A stretch of 64,000 nt of DNA, from positions 153,104-217,103 of the forward strand of contig NIVC01001537.1 in the NCBI GenBank assembly GCA_002269645.1, in the 5' to 3' direction. Shown one piece after another: positions 1-22,440 of this stretch. The stretch's first letter is position 1. Each line of letters starts with the position of its first letter. Below the pieces are notes generated by a model. It was given only the letters and a program-made list of their open reading frames with translations. It had not been told where the DNA came from and made no database searches. A program made the translations under genes and the position numbers. This DNA is from Macrostomum lignano (lineage: Eukaryota).

Positions 1-9
1 AGAGCCTTG

Positions 10-130
10 TAAGGTTTGGCCCTCAAGGGTGTTAATTGCACGAGCAGAGCCAAGCCGAGATTCCAATTTAGCCTCAAATTAATGTGACTGCACTTGGAAT
101 CGAGCCTGGGCCGCTGGCACATCTGAGCAC
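10..130 (-). mobile_element. Truncated copy of a tRNA-derived SINE-like repeat
   Basis: Near-identical in reverse complement to 35620-35740 (TTGCACGAGCAGAGCCAAGCCGAGATTCCAATT...GCACTTGGAATCGAGCCT). Confidence 0.6.
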
Positions 131-180
131 TCTTTTAGTTGAGGCGGCCCGTTTTTTCAGAGGGCGCTATGTCATTTGAG

Positions 181-820
181 CACCGGGGCGCCAGCACCGG
201 GGGCGCCAGCACCGGGGGCGCCAGCACCGGGGGCGCCAGCACCGGGGGCGCCAGCACCGGGGGCGCCAGCACCGGGGGCGCCAGCACCGGGGCGCCAGCA
301 CCGGGGGCGCCAGCACCGGGGGCGCCAGCACCGGGGGCGCCAGCACCGGGGGCGCCAGCACCGGGGCGCCAGCACCGGGGGCGCCAGCACCGGGGGCGCC
401 AGCACCGGGGGCGCCAGCACCGGGGGCGCCAGCACCGGGGGCGCCAGCACCGGGGGCGCCAGCACCGGGGGCGCCAGCACCGGGGGCGCCAGCACCGGGG
501 GCGCCAGCACCGGGGGCCCCAGCACCGGGGGCCCCAGCACCGGGGGCCCCAGCACCGGGGGCGCCAGCACCGGGGGCGCCAGCACCGGGGGCGCCAGCAC
601 CGGGGGCGCCAGCACCGGGGGCGCCAGCACCGGGGGCGCCAGCACCGGGGGCGCCAGCACCGGGGGCGCCAGCACCGGGGGCGCCAGCACCGGGGGCGCC
701 AGCACCGGGGGCGCCAGCACCGGAGGCGCCAGCACCGGAGGCGCCAGCACCGGAGGCGCCAGCACCGGAGGCGCCAGCACCGGGGGCGCCAGCACCGGGG
801 GCGCCAGCACCGGGGGCGCC
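181..820. repeat. 15-bp GC-rich minisatellite (CACCGGGGGCGCCAG)n, about 42 copies
   Basis: Seen directly; it explains the overlapping low-complexity ORFs at 135-968. Confidence 0.97.
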
Positions 821-2962
821 ATCTACTCGTAGCAAATCCTACAATAAACACTACTTTGTTATACGGGAGGCCACCTAATGATGAGGGGCGCAGATGTTTG
901 CATCGATTCAACCGAACGGAATGAGCAAAGTTAGAGACATGAGCAAGGGGCCATCTGCTCTCACTCAACTAGGACAGTTTGATGGACATCATATTGAGTA
1001 GATCGCTTATCGTCTCTTCTTTGTTTTCGTTTTTTTTAAAAACTCAAAGTTTGTTACGCAATCAAGTGAAAGATTATTGGAAACAATTTACCAACTGGGA
1101 GGCTGAGATAGGCGGCCAGATGCTTTTTTTCAACTAGGATGAACAGAAACTGATATGTTGATAAGTTTCTCTTTCAATAGCATCCTTGATCTAAGAGACA
1201 AGGACCGTTAAAAAGTGCAAACATCTGGAATGGAAACTGCTACTAATATTCCGTTACTAGTAACTGTGTTTTTAACTAGTTTCCAGTCCAGACGTTGCTA
1301 TTCCGGTAGTCCTTGAACCCGTGTAGCTGCAGTTTTATTACAAGCTTTGGGCGAATACGAGCTAAGAAATACTGGCGGGATTTCAAATAGAAAGAAAAAA
1401 TACTACTCAAACTCACAGGGGGAGATTCGGACTCAGCCTGCTCTCACTTCTGTCTGTTCACAAGAACTTCCTAATTGGGAAGAGATGAGTGCCGGCCCGG
1501 ATCAGAGGGAGAGGGGAACGAAAGGATGCAGCCTTCCCACAGCCTCTGGGGAGTTCAGGGACAGCCTCGGCAGCCGAGGGGATTTATCCCTATCGCTGCT
1601 GCTCGCTTCTCTCCTCTTTTCCTCCTGCCTCGGGTCCGGTCAGGAGGAGTGGGATTATTATCCCGTCTGGTCAAAGGCGAGGCTGGGGGCAAGGTTTCCT
1701 AGCTGCTGGTCAGTCAGAGCTGAGAGAGGCTGACATCTAAAAAACGTCACGTGAGAATGGTTCGAAAACAACTCATGAAATGCATTGGAGTTTCTATGGA
1801 AACATCCGATGTCTGTCTTTCAGGTATTCCTACTTGATGTACTTTGATAGTACAGATTTATTAATAGATTAAACATACTGGCCTTCGAAACTTCTTTTTC
1901 CATGAAACACAAGTGCCGAACCCAGCTCACACCGGCCCTGACTTAGCACCCATGCTCTGCTCCTGTGAAGTTGGCACAAGCGGGATCGAACCTGAGGTCT
2001 TTGACGTGACCCACCCTCCCTGACAGGGGTAGGATTAGATCCCCACTGTGTATGGACCCTGGCATGTGAAGCTGTCACCAGCTGCTTTGATCCGCTGCCA
2101 CATGCGAGTCGCACGCGTTCGCAGAAGCAGATCCTAACAGAAAGTGGGAGAAGCACAGAAATCGTAAAGAAGCCGCACAGGACGAGAAAGTGGCTTAGTG
2201 ACAGCAGACCCCTGACGGCTCCTGAAATCCCCCCAACCGCTTCCATCTCAGCGACCAGCTCTGCTGCGAGTCGTGTCGCGTGACTGCCCTGTCCGCCTGT
2301 GCTTTGGTTGCCTACAAATAATTACAGGGGGAGCCGACAACACGCTGGGGGATTACAGGGGCGGGATTTATTCGTGCACATCTGCATATATAAGATAGTC
2401 TGCCTTTCATGCTGAGCTTTTCTCCCGATTATTCTTCCTTTATCCGGCCGGTGAGTCAGTCGGGATAGTGTATAACTGCTCCTGTATATTGTGCGGCTCC
2501 TTTTCAACAGCAACTTTCCCTCCCCGTGTGCCACGCTGCCCCCCCCCCCCTCCTTCCCAACCGGAACAGAGGGTCGAGAGGCGAAAACCCTGCCTTCCTG
2601 TCTCCCTTCCATGCCGAGTCTGAATAGCGGCCGACTCGAACCGGAGTGAGGCTGGGCGGGATCCCAGTAATTAGCTGGCTGCTCCGAGCTGCAGCCTAAT
2701 TGGCCCTTTATGACTCGCATGGGCCTGTAGCAGGGCCTCCACCTGCATCAGCTGGGTGTCCTTGCCTCGCTGAAAGGCAGAGAAATCATTTCCCGGCTTC
2801 GTGTGGCGCTGATCAAGCTGAATTTGCCCGAATAATGATCTAGATCTCTAATCCGCGATGCTTAATGACCCTGTTGTCAGGGGGAACTTGTTAGCCATAA
2901 TTATTGCAGCAAGAATTAATGACCTTTCTCATGTAATCGCATCTTGGCATCGCATTTGATGT

Positions 2963-3259
<297 letters not shown>

Positions 3260-3788
3260 CAAACCGAGAAACCGCAACAGCGAGAGCTTGAACTGAGTAG
3301 GCAGAGTGACTGATTAGTGTGAACGCAGCCAGGTGCAGTTTCACCTGGCCTCAGCCCAGCCTGTTTCCCACATAATGAAGCTGAGTTGGCAGGGTGGGCG
3401 CGGCGGCGAAGTGATGAGCGGAATGATTGAATTTCTGATTGCAGCCGGTGGAAAGGCGCAGCTCTCGCAGCAGCGAGTCGAGTGACGCCTTAAATTAATT
3501 CGATCATGCGGTCTGGAACTGGCTAGTAGGAAGCTGGGGAAGGGGATGCCGGGGAAGGATCGGGAGGAGGCGGATGAGGAGGAGAACTGCCCCGGGGAGG
3601 TTTCGAAGAAGCGCAGCTGACGGCAGTAGTTGAGCTGAGCTTAGTTTGAGATGTTTTGCCTGGCGCCCGGCGGGCAGGAGTGACTGCAATGATTGCCGCT
3701 CCCTTGAGCAGTCGGCTGTTAATTACAATCGTGAAGTTGAGTCTGCAGGCACCTTACGATATGGGAGATAATAATTGCCAACTCTCAC

Positions 3789-13290
<9,502 letters not shown>

Positions 13291-14261
13291 TCGGGCAGCC
13301 TGTAGTATCCGGGGGGGTCTCCTACGATTGCTTCTTACGAGGTAGAAGAGAAGACAACTATGTTGAGTCTGGCTGAGAGGCTGAGCAAGTCAATGCTGGC
13401 AGGTAGGCAGGCCTCCCTAGTCTTGTTGGCGCTCTGCAGCCAGCCCAGCCCAGCCTGACCAACCGCCTCCTCCATGAGCCACGAGGCCAGTGAGGGAGCC
13501 AGACTGCCGGCTGCGTCAGAGGCCAGAACGAATTTGATTGGCTGGGACTTGAGAGACTTTCTCTCACTGCCGCTGCATGCAGTCCCCCCCGGCTGAGCAA
13601 TGACAGTCAAACGGAATTGCATTCTCTTTTTGCGTTTGGCTTTCAATATCAATTGAAAGATCAGCTTTGTCCCTGTGGTGCTGATATTTTCTTATTATTA
13701 CTCTCTGGCTAGCTAGAATAATCCCCAGATTAGCTTTTTGGTAATCTGACGCCGCCTTTGTCTCACCTGAACTGCTAAGCTAGCCTTGTCACCTTGAGCT
13801 AAGCAAGATTAGCATTCGTAATAAAATAAAATGAATTATGAATTAACTTTGGATCGAGGCTAAAATTCGCCTAATTGAGTGAGTCAGCCGGGGTCATGTG
13901 GGGCCACCAATATTTAATTTGCAATCCCTAAACAAGTAGTTTTTTAGCCCACTAGACAGTGGCAGAAGCGATAATTTTACTAGTAAGTTAAGCTGTGCTG
14001 GTCCTGGTTAGTTAGCAGCTGATCGAAGCTTACACGTTGTAAATAGTGAGTAATATTAGTTAGAGAATAACTTACAGAAAAAATAGAAATACCAAGTAGA
14101 CTACTTAGACTATTAGTAGCGGCAGCAATTTGCGTTTTATCCAACCAGCCTGGAGATTTCTTGCTTGTCTTTCAGATGCGTTCACTGGAATTTGCTATCT
14201 AAATTGACTGCTGCACCCCATTCAGAGCGGGTCGGACGTGAGGGAGCCATCCACTCACAGG

Positions 14262-14620
14262 AGTGAGGTAGGTGGAGAAGGGAGGTGGGTGGAGGAGTGA
14301 GGTGGGCGGAGGAGTGAGATTGGTGGAGGAGTGAGGTTGGTGGAGGAGTGAGGTTTGTGGAGGAGTGAGGTGGGTGGAGGAGTGAGGTGGGTGGAGGAGT
14401 GAGGCGGGCGGAGGAGTGAGGTGGGTGAAGGAGTGAGGTTGGTGGAGGTTCACTCCTCCACCCATCTCACTCCACCCACCTCACTCCTCCACTTACCTCA
14501 CTACTCCACCCACCTTACTCCTACGCCCACCTCACTCCTCCACCCACCTCACTCCTCCACCCACCTTACTTCTCCACCCACCTCACTCCTCCACCCACCT
14601 CACTCCTCCACTAGCCTCAC
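14262..14620. repeat. GGAGTGAGGTGGGT-family minisatellite with a strand switch at about 14450
   Basis: The G-rich strand is on + up to about 14449 and the C-rich strand is on + after it. Confidence 0.9.
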
Positions 14621-14733
14621 TCATCCAGCAGCCGCCGCATTCCACAATCCTCTACATTTAACAATTAAAAACTAAGTCTGCTCAACACGCAGCTCAAAAG
14701 CACAAGCAGACGTATGAGTATTGTACGAGCTAC

Positions 14734-16063
14734 TCACACAATGGTGTAGTGAGCACTGACGAACGGTTCAGGACAGCAACTGTAAAGAGCTTCAGTGCGC
14801 CGACTGGATGCTCCAGCCAATTCCCACCTGTCATGCTGTTCAAACATCTCCCAGCTGATGGCATTCTCGCCCAGCCGCAGATCCAGCTCGAAGCCATTGT
14901 ACACCCAGCTGCCCATGACCAGCCTGCAGTGTATCGAGCCGTTGTCCTGCCGAGAGCAGGGAGCGCTGAGACTAGCTGGCGGTACGAAGACAACTTTCGA
15001 GTCGTAGTCAACCGTGGCTCGCATTGCGGATTCCTTATCTAACTGGTACTTGCCGCTGCAAAGAAAGCCATTGAAATCAGTGTATGATTGACATACCACA
15101 TATACCTGTAATAGTAAGATAGTAAGAATCTTATATTCACTTACGCGTTGTACGGTCGGACATCCGGGAGCCACAGAAGGTGGGCAGGCAGCGCCGCCTT
15201 CGTGAGGCCGCCGAAGTTCTTTGGGTCCCAGCTCAGCCTGGGGTCTGACCAAGTCTGCAACATTAAATGACACCGAGTACTGCATTCCACACTTTCTGCT
15301 CCATGCCCATTGTGACAGGCACTGCCCCAACTGCTCCGTGCCCATATTGTGACAGGCACTGCCCCAACTGCTCCATGCCCTTATTGTGACAGGCACTGCC
15401 CCAACTACTCCATGCCCTTATTGTGACAGACACTGCCCCAACTGCTCCATGCCCATATTGTGACAGGCACTGCCCCAACTGCTCCATGCCCTTATTGTGA
15501 CAGGCACTGCCCCAACTGCTCCATGCCCATATTGTGACAGGCACTGCCCCAACTGCTCCATGCCCTTATTGTGACAGGCACTGCCCCAACTGCTCCATGC
15601 CCATATTGTGACAGGCACTGCCCCAACTGCTCCATGCCCATTGTGACAGGCACTGCCCCAACTGCTCCATGCCCATATTGTGACAGGCACTGCCCCAACT
15701 GCTCCATGCCCATATTGTGACAGGCACTGCCCCAACTGCTCCAAATCAACGGACATATTGCAGAACAACGAATTTACTTGCCATTGTGAGCCACACGTAG
15801 AAGCGAGCCCTGCTGCTTTGCACAGATTCCAGTCCCTGTAGCGACACCTCCAGGCTCACAGTCACAGGCTCGGTGGTGTTCCTGCCCATCGGCCTGGCGA
15901 TGGCGCCAGCTGGTCCCAGACTGCGCAGCAGCCTCGTCACCAGGCGGTCCTCAGCGGAGCTGAACGGTCGGTCAGTCGGCAAGCCAGCCAGTTCTGACTC
16001 GCCGCGAACAGGCAACAGGACTGTCGCTAACAATAGCAGGGCTGGCAGAAGAGAATTACTCAT
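14734..16063 (-). CDS. Secreted acetylcholine-binding-protein-like protein (Cys-loop receptor ligand-binding domain only), about 237 aa; exons 16063-15782, 15254-15145, 15055-14734
   Basis: Signal peptide MSNSLLPALLLLATVLLPVRG. Motifs AEDRLVTRLL, WLTM|TWSDPRLSWDP, LWLPDVRPYN (loop A), a Cys pair, GSWVYNG (loop B) and YSCCPEPF (loop C vicinal cysteines). Intron positions resemble the conserved nicotinic-receptor ones. TGA follows SAHYTIV. Confidence 0.85.
15290..15742. repeat. 37-bp minisatellite (TGTGACAGGCACTGCCCCAACTGCTCCATGCCCATAT)n in intron 1 of the AChBP-like gene
   Basis: Seen directly. Confidence 0.95.
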
Positions 16064-16489
16064 CTTGCCTGACTGGTTAGTTGCTATGCCAATGTGGACA
16101 GCTTCATAAATGGGAGAACATTTTTCGAACGTTCTTATATATACATAGCCGAATACAGATCCAGTTGTGATGAGACTGCATACTCGAAACATCCAGCCTG
16201 AGACCGGATGTCTGTCATTGACGAGCGGTGCTTAAGGCCCTATTAAATAAGTTTGACTCGTAAAATACAGCAATTGTTGCAAAAAAAGATTTTCAACTTT
16301 TTTTTCTGATATTTTTCAGCGCGATTCAGCGGAGTCACTGATGGCTGTGACACATGAGTAGACAGCATTTACTGAAACCATATTCAAACAAGAGTCGAAA
16401 GAGGGGCAATCCAGACGCCAAAAATGTTTCAAAATAAGACAGTTCCGACCCTATATTGACAACTGCTTTTTTAATGAATTCGGATGAGT

Positions 16490-17095
16490 AGAGGAGGAAT
16501 GTGGGTGGAGGAGTGAGGTGGGTAAAAGAGGATTGAGGTGGGTAAAAGAGGATTGAGGTGGATAAAAGAGGATTGAGGTGGGTAAAAGAGGAATGAGGTG
16601 GGTGAAAGAGGAGTGAGGTGGGTGAAAGAGGAGTGAGGTGGGTGAAAGAGGAGTGAGGTGGGTGTGAAGTGTGAGGTGGGTGAAAGAGGAGTGAGGTGGG
16701 TGGAGGAGTGAGGTGGGTAAAAGAGGAGTGAGGTGGGTAAAAGAGGAATGAGGTGGGTGAAAGAGGAGTGAGGTGGGTGAAAGAGGAGTGAGGTGGGTGA
16801 AAGAGGAGTGAGGTGGGTGTGAAGAGTGAGGTGGGTGAAAGAGGAGTGAGGTGGGTGTGAAGAGTGAGGTGGGTGAAAGGAGTGAGGTGGGTGCGAGGAG
16901 TGAGGTGGGTGCGAGGAGTGAGGTGGGTGCGAGGAGTGAGGTGGGTGCGAGGAGTGAGGTGGGTGCGAGGAGTGAGGTGGGTGCGAGGAGTGAGGTGGGT
17001 GCGATGAGTGAGTTTGAGAGTAGGAGAGTAAGGCAGAGAGTAGGAGAGTGAGGTTGAGAGTAGGAGAGTAAGGCAGAGAGTAGGAGAGTGGGCTG
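16490..17095. repeat. 18-21-bp GGAGTGAGGTGGGT-family minisatellite followed by short GAGAGTAG repeats
   Basis: Seen directly. Confidence 0.93.
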
Positions 17096-17549
17096 AGCAA
17101 AGATACAACAGTTTTTGTCTTATTCTGTTTCTGAGACGTAAATAGAAGCAAACGAAGAACAAAGCTAGAAATGAGCAGTTACAAAAATGTTTTCTTCTAC
17201 TGAGGCTGATAACATTTTCCGCCAGTCGCTGGGATGAAACCGGACTGATTTCAACCAGCCCCGGTTGCTTGAGTTTCGGTCAGGAGATTTAGCACCTAAA
17301 ACATTTATTAGTCAAAAATGCACATCTTTACTAAGAGTTTGGCTTTCAAATTGACAAAGAGACACTGCATCGGATCAAGGGGCAGGCAGGCTAGAGTGAG
17401 TGAGAGACTAAAAAATATTCTTTTTCGCAAAAACTCGCGGAGTTAAGAAGGTATAAAGAAAAAATTAAGTGACGCGCAGTAAGAAATGCTGTGTCAGGCG
17501 GTTTTGTCTAAATCAATGAGCATTGGATAATGTTTATGATGACCGGCTC

Positions 17550-18850
<1,301 letters not shown>

Positions 18851-19359
18851 GACTGGCTAGCAAATATTCGATTGTTTTTTGTCAACTATCACAAACTGCT
18901 GGTTGTCTCGCACTAAAACTTCTGTGCTTAGTATCAATTGATTGGTATTCAAGCGCCTTGCACTGTTTCAAATTGACTTGTCTATGGGTTTCATTGAAAC
19001 TAGTATAGCTAAAAGATTTTTTTAATAGCAAGCCAGAGTTCGTTTGCAGCGATGAGGCAGGAGAGCAGTCATGTGTTCTGCATCCCTGGATCCCTACATC
19101 TCTACATCCCTACATCCCTGCATCCCTACAACAGATCTTACATCTGTTCTAGCTTCCTCATATAAGCTAGGGAAAACTGATAAATGATGATATGGGGTAT
19201 TATTAAAGCGCGATGGGATACTATTGATAGAGGATGGGGAGTTATCGATAGAGGATGGGGAGTTATCGATAGAGGATGCGGTGTTATTGATAGAGATGAG
19301 AGTTATTGATAGAAGTGGGGAATTATTGCTATAGATGGAGAATTGTCGATAGAGGATGG

Positions 19360-19652
19360 GGAAACACTGACAGAGGATGGGAAACACTGACAGAGGATAG
19401 GGAAACACTGACAGAGGATAGGAAACACTGACAGAGGATGGGGAAACACTGACAGAGGATGGGAAACACTGACAGAGGATGGGAAACACTGACAGAGGAT
19501 GGGAAACACTGACAGAGGATAGGGAAACACTAACAGAGGATGGGAAACACTGACAGAGGATAGGGAAACACTAACAGAGGATGGGAAACACTGACAGAGG
19601 ATGGGGAAACACTGACAGAGGATTGGGAAACACTGACAGAGGATAGGGAAAC
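19360..19652. repeat. 21-22-bp minisatellite (GGGAAACACTGACAGAGGAT[A])n, left part; it resumes at 24932-25055
   Basis: The same unit lies on both sides of the LTR element. Confidence 0.95.
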
Positions 19653-19927
19653 TGTGATAAATTTGTTAAGCGAGGCAGAAGTGTGGAATTGCAGGAGTGA
19701 GTAAAAGGTGCTCGCTTGAGAGCTAGGCTGTTAACATTTATTATTTAGCACTGAGGTGGTGGGTGCAGACAGATTCAAACGCGCGCATGGGGTGGGGTGG
19801 AATAAAATACAATCTCTAAGCCGATCAATAACAACTCCACTGCTAGTGAGTCCACACTACAGTGCATGCAACCTATAGCAAAGTTCATCGTGTCACTATG
19901 TCACATCTCCCCCCTAAGTTAACACCC

Positions 19928-22165
19928 TCACTGCAGCATCAATCTGTCAGGTGGTGCTCGAACTCGAGTCGGGTAGCGCCGGGGTGCCTCGTTAGCAGAG
20001 TCAGCCGTGTCTGCCTGCGGCGAGGCTGGCGTGCCGCCAGCGTCAGGTGCCGCGCAGTCCTCGGCCGGGGTTGTGCTGCTATTCGACTCGGCCAACCCAG
20101 CGGGAGCCGCCAGCAGCTGGTCAGCGTGTCGCGCTTGTACGCCGCGCCCAGAATCGACTGTGCAGTTGCGAGTGCCGGCATTGACAATGACACCTTCGGC
20201 CCAGCGGCTGCTTTCTCCTGCACGAGCAGCAGTGCTGAAATCGCGGTAGAGCACACGATCTCCAGGCTGGAACTGGCGCGCTGGCCGCTGCTGCTGAAGC
20301 TGATGCTGCTGTCGCTGTTGCATGGCCGAAGTCAACGATGGTGTCAGGAGGTCCAGCCGGCTGCGCAGCCGGCGGCCAATGAGCAGCTGACTCGGCGCGG
20401 TGCCACTGACGCTGTGCGGAGTGTTGCGATAGGCCATCAGCAGTCGTTGAAGTTGCGCGTCGGAGTGACCGCACTTACTCAGATGCCGCTTCAGCACCTG
20501 GACGAAGCGCTCGGCCTGGCCGTTGGTCGCCGGGTGGAATGGCGCCGAGAAGATGTGCCGGATGCCGTTGGAACTGACGAACTCAGCGAACTCGGCCGAA
20601 GCGAATTGTGGCCCGTTGTCCGACACCAAGGTTCTCGGTAGGCCGAGACGAGCGAAGATTTCTCGCAGGCAGCTGATCGTCACAGTTGCAATGGTGCTGC
20701 TCATCCTGTGCACCTCTGGCCACTTGCTGTGCGCGTCGACCAGGACCAGGTAAGTGCGGCCGTCCACGGGTCCCACAAAGTCGACGTGCAACCGCTCCCA
20801 TGGCTCAGTCGGAAATGGCCATGGCTGTACCGGGGCGGAGCCTTGATTGTGTCGAAATTTGCCAAGTCGGTTCTCGAACACCGCAGCGAATCTCTCATGC
20901 AGGTCGCTGATGTCGTAATCGGTGGACACTGCGTGCACCTGGGCCATTATTGTCGGCCAGTCCAGCCCAAGGTGAGCCAGCCAGTCTCGTCCCAGCAGTG
21001 CCGTGTCTCCTTTGTCGACTACAAGCAGCGGTAGCTGTAGCTGCTGGGCGTTGTGCTGGACGCAGACTGTGGCTTGGCCTCGCGGATGAAAGCGTTCATT
21101 GGTGAAGGTTCGCAGAACTGCGGCAGATGGAGCCAGCTGTAGCTGAGGGAGCAACTTCTGCTGCAGCTGCTGCGGCATCAGCGTGACTGCAGAGCCGGTG
21201 TCGATGACAAACTGGCATTCCTGGCCGTTGACGAGCAGCATGACTGTCGGTCCAGCGTTTCTGCCTGTTGGTCGGACTGCGAAGATGGGCACCTGGGTGT
21301 CACACGCGCCTTCGACAGTAGGTGCCATCCGCTCCTCTTGTAGCATGTGTAGCTTGGCCTGCTTGGTGGACTGGCAGACCTTGCGGATATGGCCGACCTT
21401 GCCGCATGCATGGCACTTGGCGTCCCTGAACTTGCATGAATGACGCTCGTGAGAACCGCCACAGCTTTTGCATGAGCTGCCACCGCCACCGTTGCCGCTG
21501 CCGTTGCCGCTGCCGCCGTTGCCGCTGCCGCCGTTTTCGCTGCCGCTGACCCGATGCCCTCTGTGGTGCGCTGAAGGTGTCACCTGCTTGCGGCTACCTC
21601 TCTTGCTGACAAATTGCAGATTGGCAACAGACTCCGATGCCCTTTGTGACATCTCCAGGGACGAACGCTCTGCAGACTCCAGCGACATAGCCTTTGTTTG
21701 CAGGGATTCGAAAGTCGGCTCAACGACTTCCAGCAGCTTGGCTCGATAGGCGTCGCTTCGAAGACCGAACACGAGTTGGTCTCGGAGCCGCTCATTTAGC
21801 GACTCACCGAAGTTGCAGTCAGCTGACAGAGCCTGGAGCCCCGCGATGAATGCCGTGAAGCTCTCGCCTGCTTGCTGAGTTCGTTGTTGGAAACGGAACC
21901 TCGCAGCTAGCTCCGAAGGCTTGGGTGCGAAGTGCGTTGTCAGCAGCTTCTTCAAGTCAGCGTAAGACTTCTGCGCCACTTGGACCGGCTGGCACAGACT
22001 CCGCAGTGTGATGTAAGCCTCCTCTCCAATCGACGTGATCAGAGTTGCCACTTTTGCCTCATCCTTCACCTCCTTGCAGATGAAGTACTGCTCGAGACGC
22101 TCTAGGAAGATCTCGGTGTTTGTAGATGGTAGCAGTTGGCCCAGCGTGGGCAGACTCGTCGCCAT
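19928..22165 (-). CDS. Gag-protease-integrase polyprotein, 745 aa from MATSL, copy 1 (no RT/RNase H)
   Basis: Gag core LERLEQYF, zinc knuckles CKSC..HERHSC and CHACGKVGHIRKVC, protease VIDTGS, integrase LHVDF / SDNGPQF / NGQAER, and a GPY/F-like tail. No YxDD or RNase H motifs. Confidence 0.92.
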   Translation of the reverse strand: MATSLPTLGQLLPSTNTEIFLERLEQYFICKEVKDEAKVATLITSIGEEAYITLRSLCQPVQVAQKSYADLKKLLTTHFAPKPSELAARFRFQQRTQQAGESFTAFIAGLQALSADCNFGESLNERLRDQLVFGLRSDAYRAKLLEVVEPTFESLQTKAMSLESAERSSLEMSQRASESVANLQFVSKRGSRKQVTPSAHHRGHRVSGSENGGSGNGGSGNGSGNGGGGSSCKSCGGSHERHSCKFRDAKCHACGKVGHIRKVCQSTKQAKLHMLQEERMAPTVEGACDTQVPIFAVRPTGRNAGPTVMLLVNGQECQFVIDTGSAVTLMPQQLQQKLLPQLQLAPSAAVLRTFTNERFHPRGQATVCVQHNAQQLQLPLLVVDKGDTALLGRDWLAHLGLDWPTIMAQVHAVSTDYDISDLHERFAAVFENRLGKFRHNQGSAPVQPWPFPTEPWERLHVDFVGPVDGRTYLVLVDAHSKWPEVHRMSSTIATVTISCLREIFARLGLPRTLVSDNGPQFASAEFAEFVSSNGIRHIFSAPFHPATNGQAERFVQVLKRHLSKCGHSDAQLQRLLMAYRNTPHSVSGTAPSQLLIGRRLRSRLDLLTPSLTSAMQQRQQHQLQQQRPARQFQPGDRVLYRDFSTAARAGESSRWAEGVIVNAGTRNCTVDSGRGVQARHADQLLAAPAGLAESNSSTTPAEDCAAPDAGGTPASPQADTADSANEAPRRYPTRVRAPPDRLMLQ

Positions 22166-22440
22166 TGTGATAACTTTGTTAAGCGAGGCAGAAGTGTGGA
22201 ATTGCAGGAGTGAGTAAAAGGTGCTCGCTTGAGAGCTAAGCTGACAATATTTATTACTTAGCACTGAGGTGGTGGGTGCAGACAGATTCAAACGCGCGCA
22301 TGGGGTGGGGTGGAATAAAATACAATCTCTAAGCCGATCAATAACAACTCCACTGCTAGTGAGTCCACACTACAGTGCATGCAACCTATAGCAAAGTTCA
22401 TCGTGTCACTATGTCACATCTCCCCCCTAAGTTAACACCC

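Noticed and set aside
135-968. Collagen- or elastin-like ORFs (GAGAP, VLAPP, RQHRG)
   Set aside because: All frames are open only because the 15-bp unit has no stop codon; there is no unique coding context.
22166-22291. First 42 aa of the 787-aa ORF
   Set aside because: They lie inside the LTR and start at a non-ATG codon; the likely start is the ATG at 22165.
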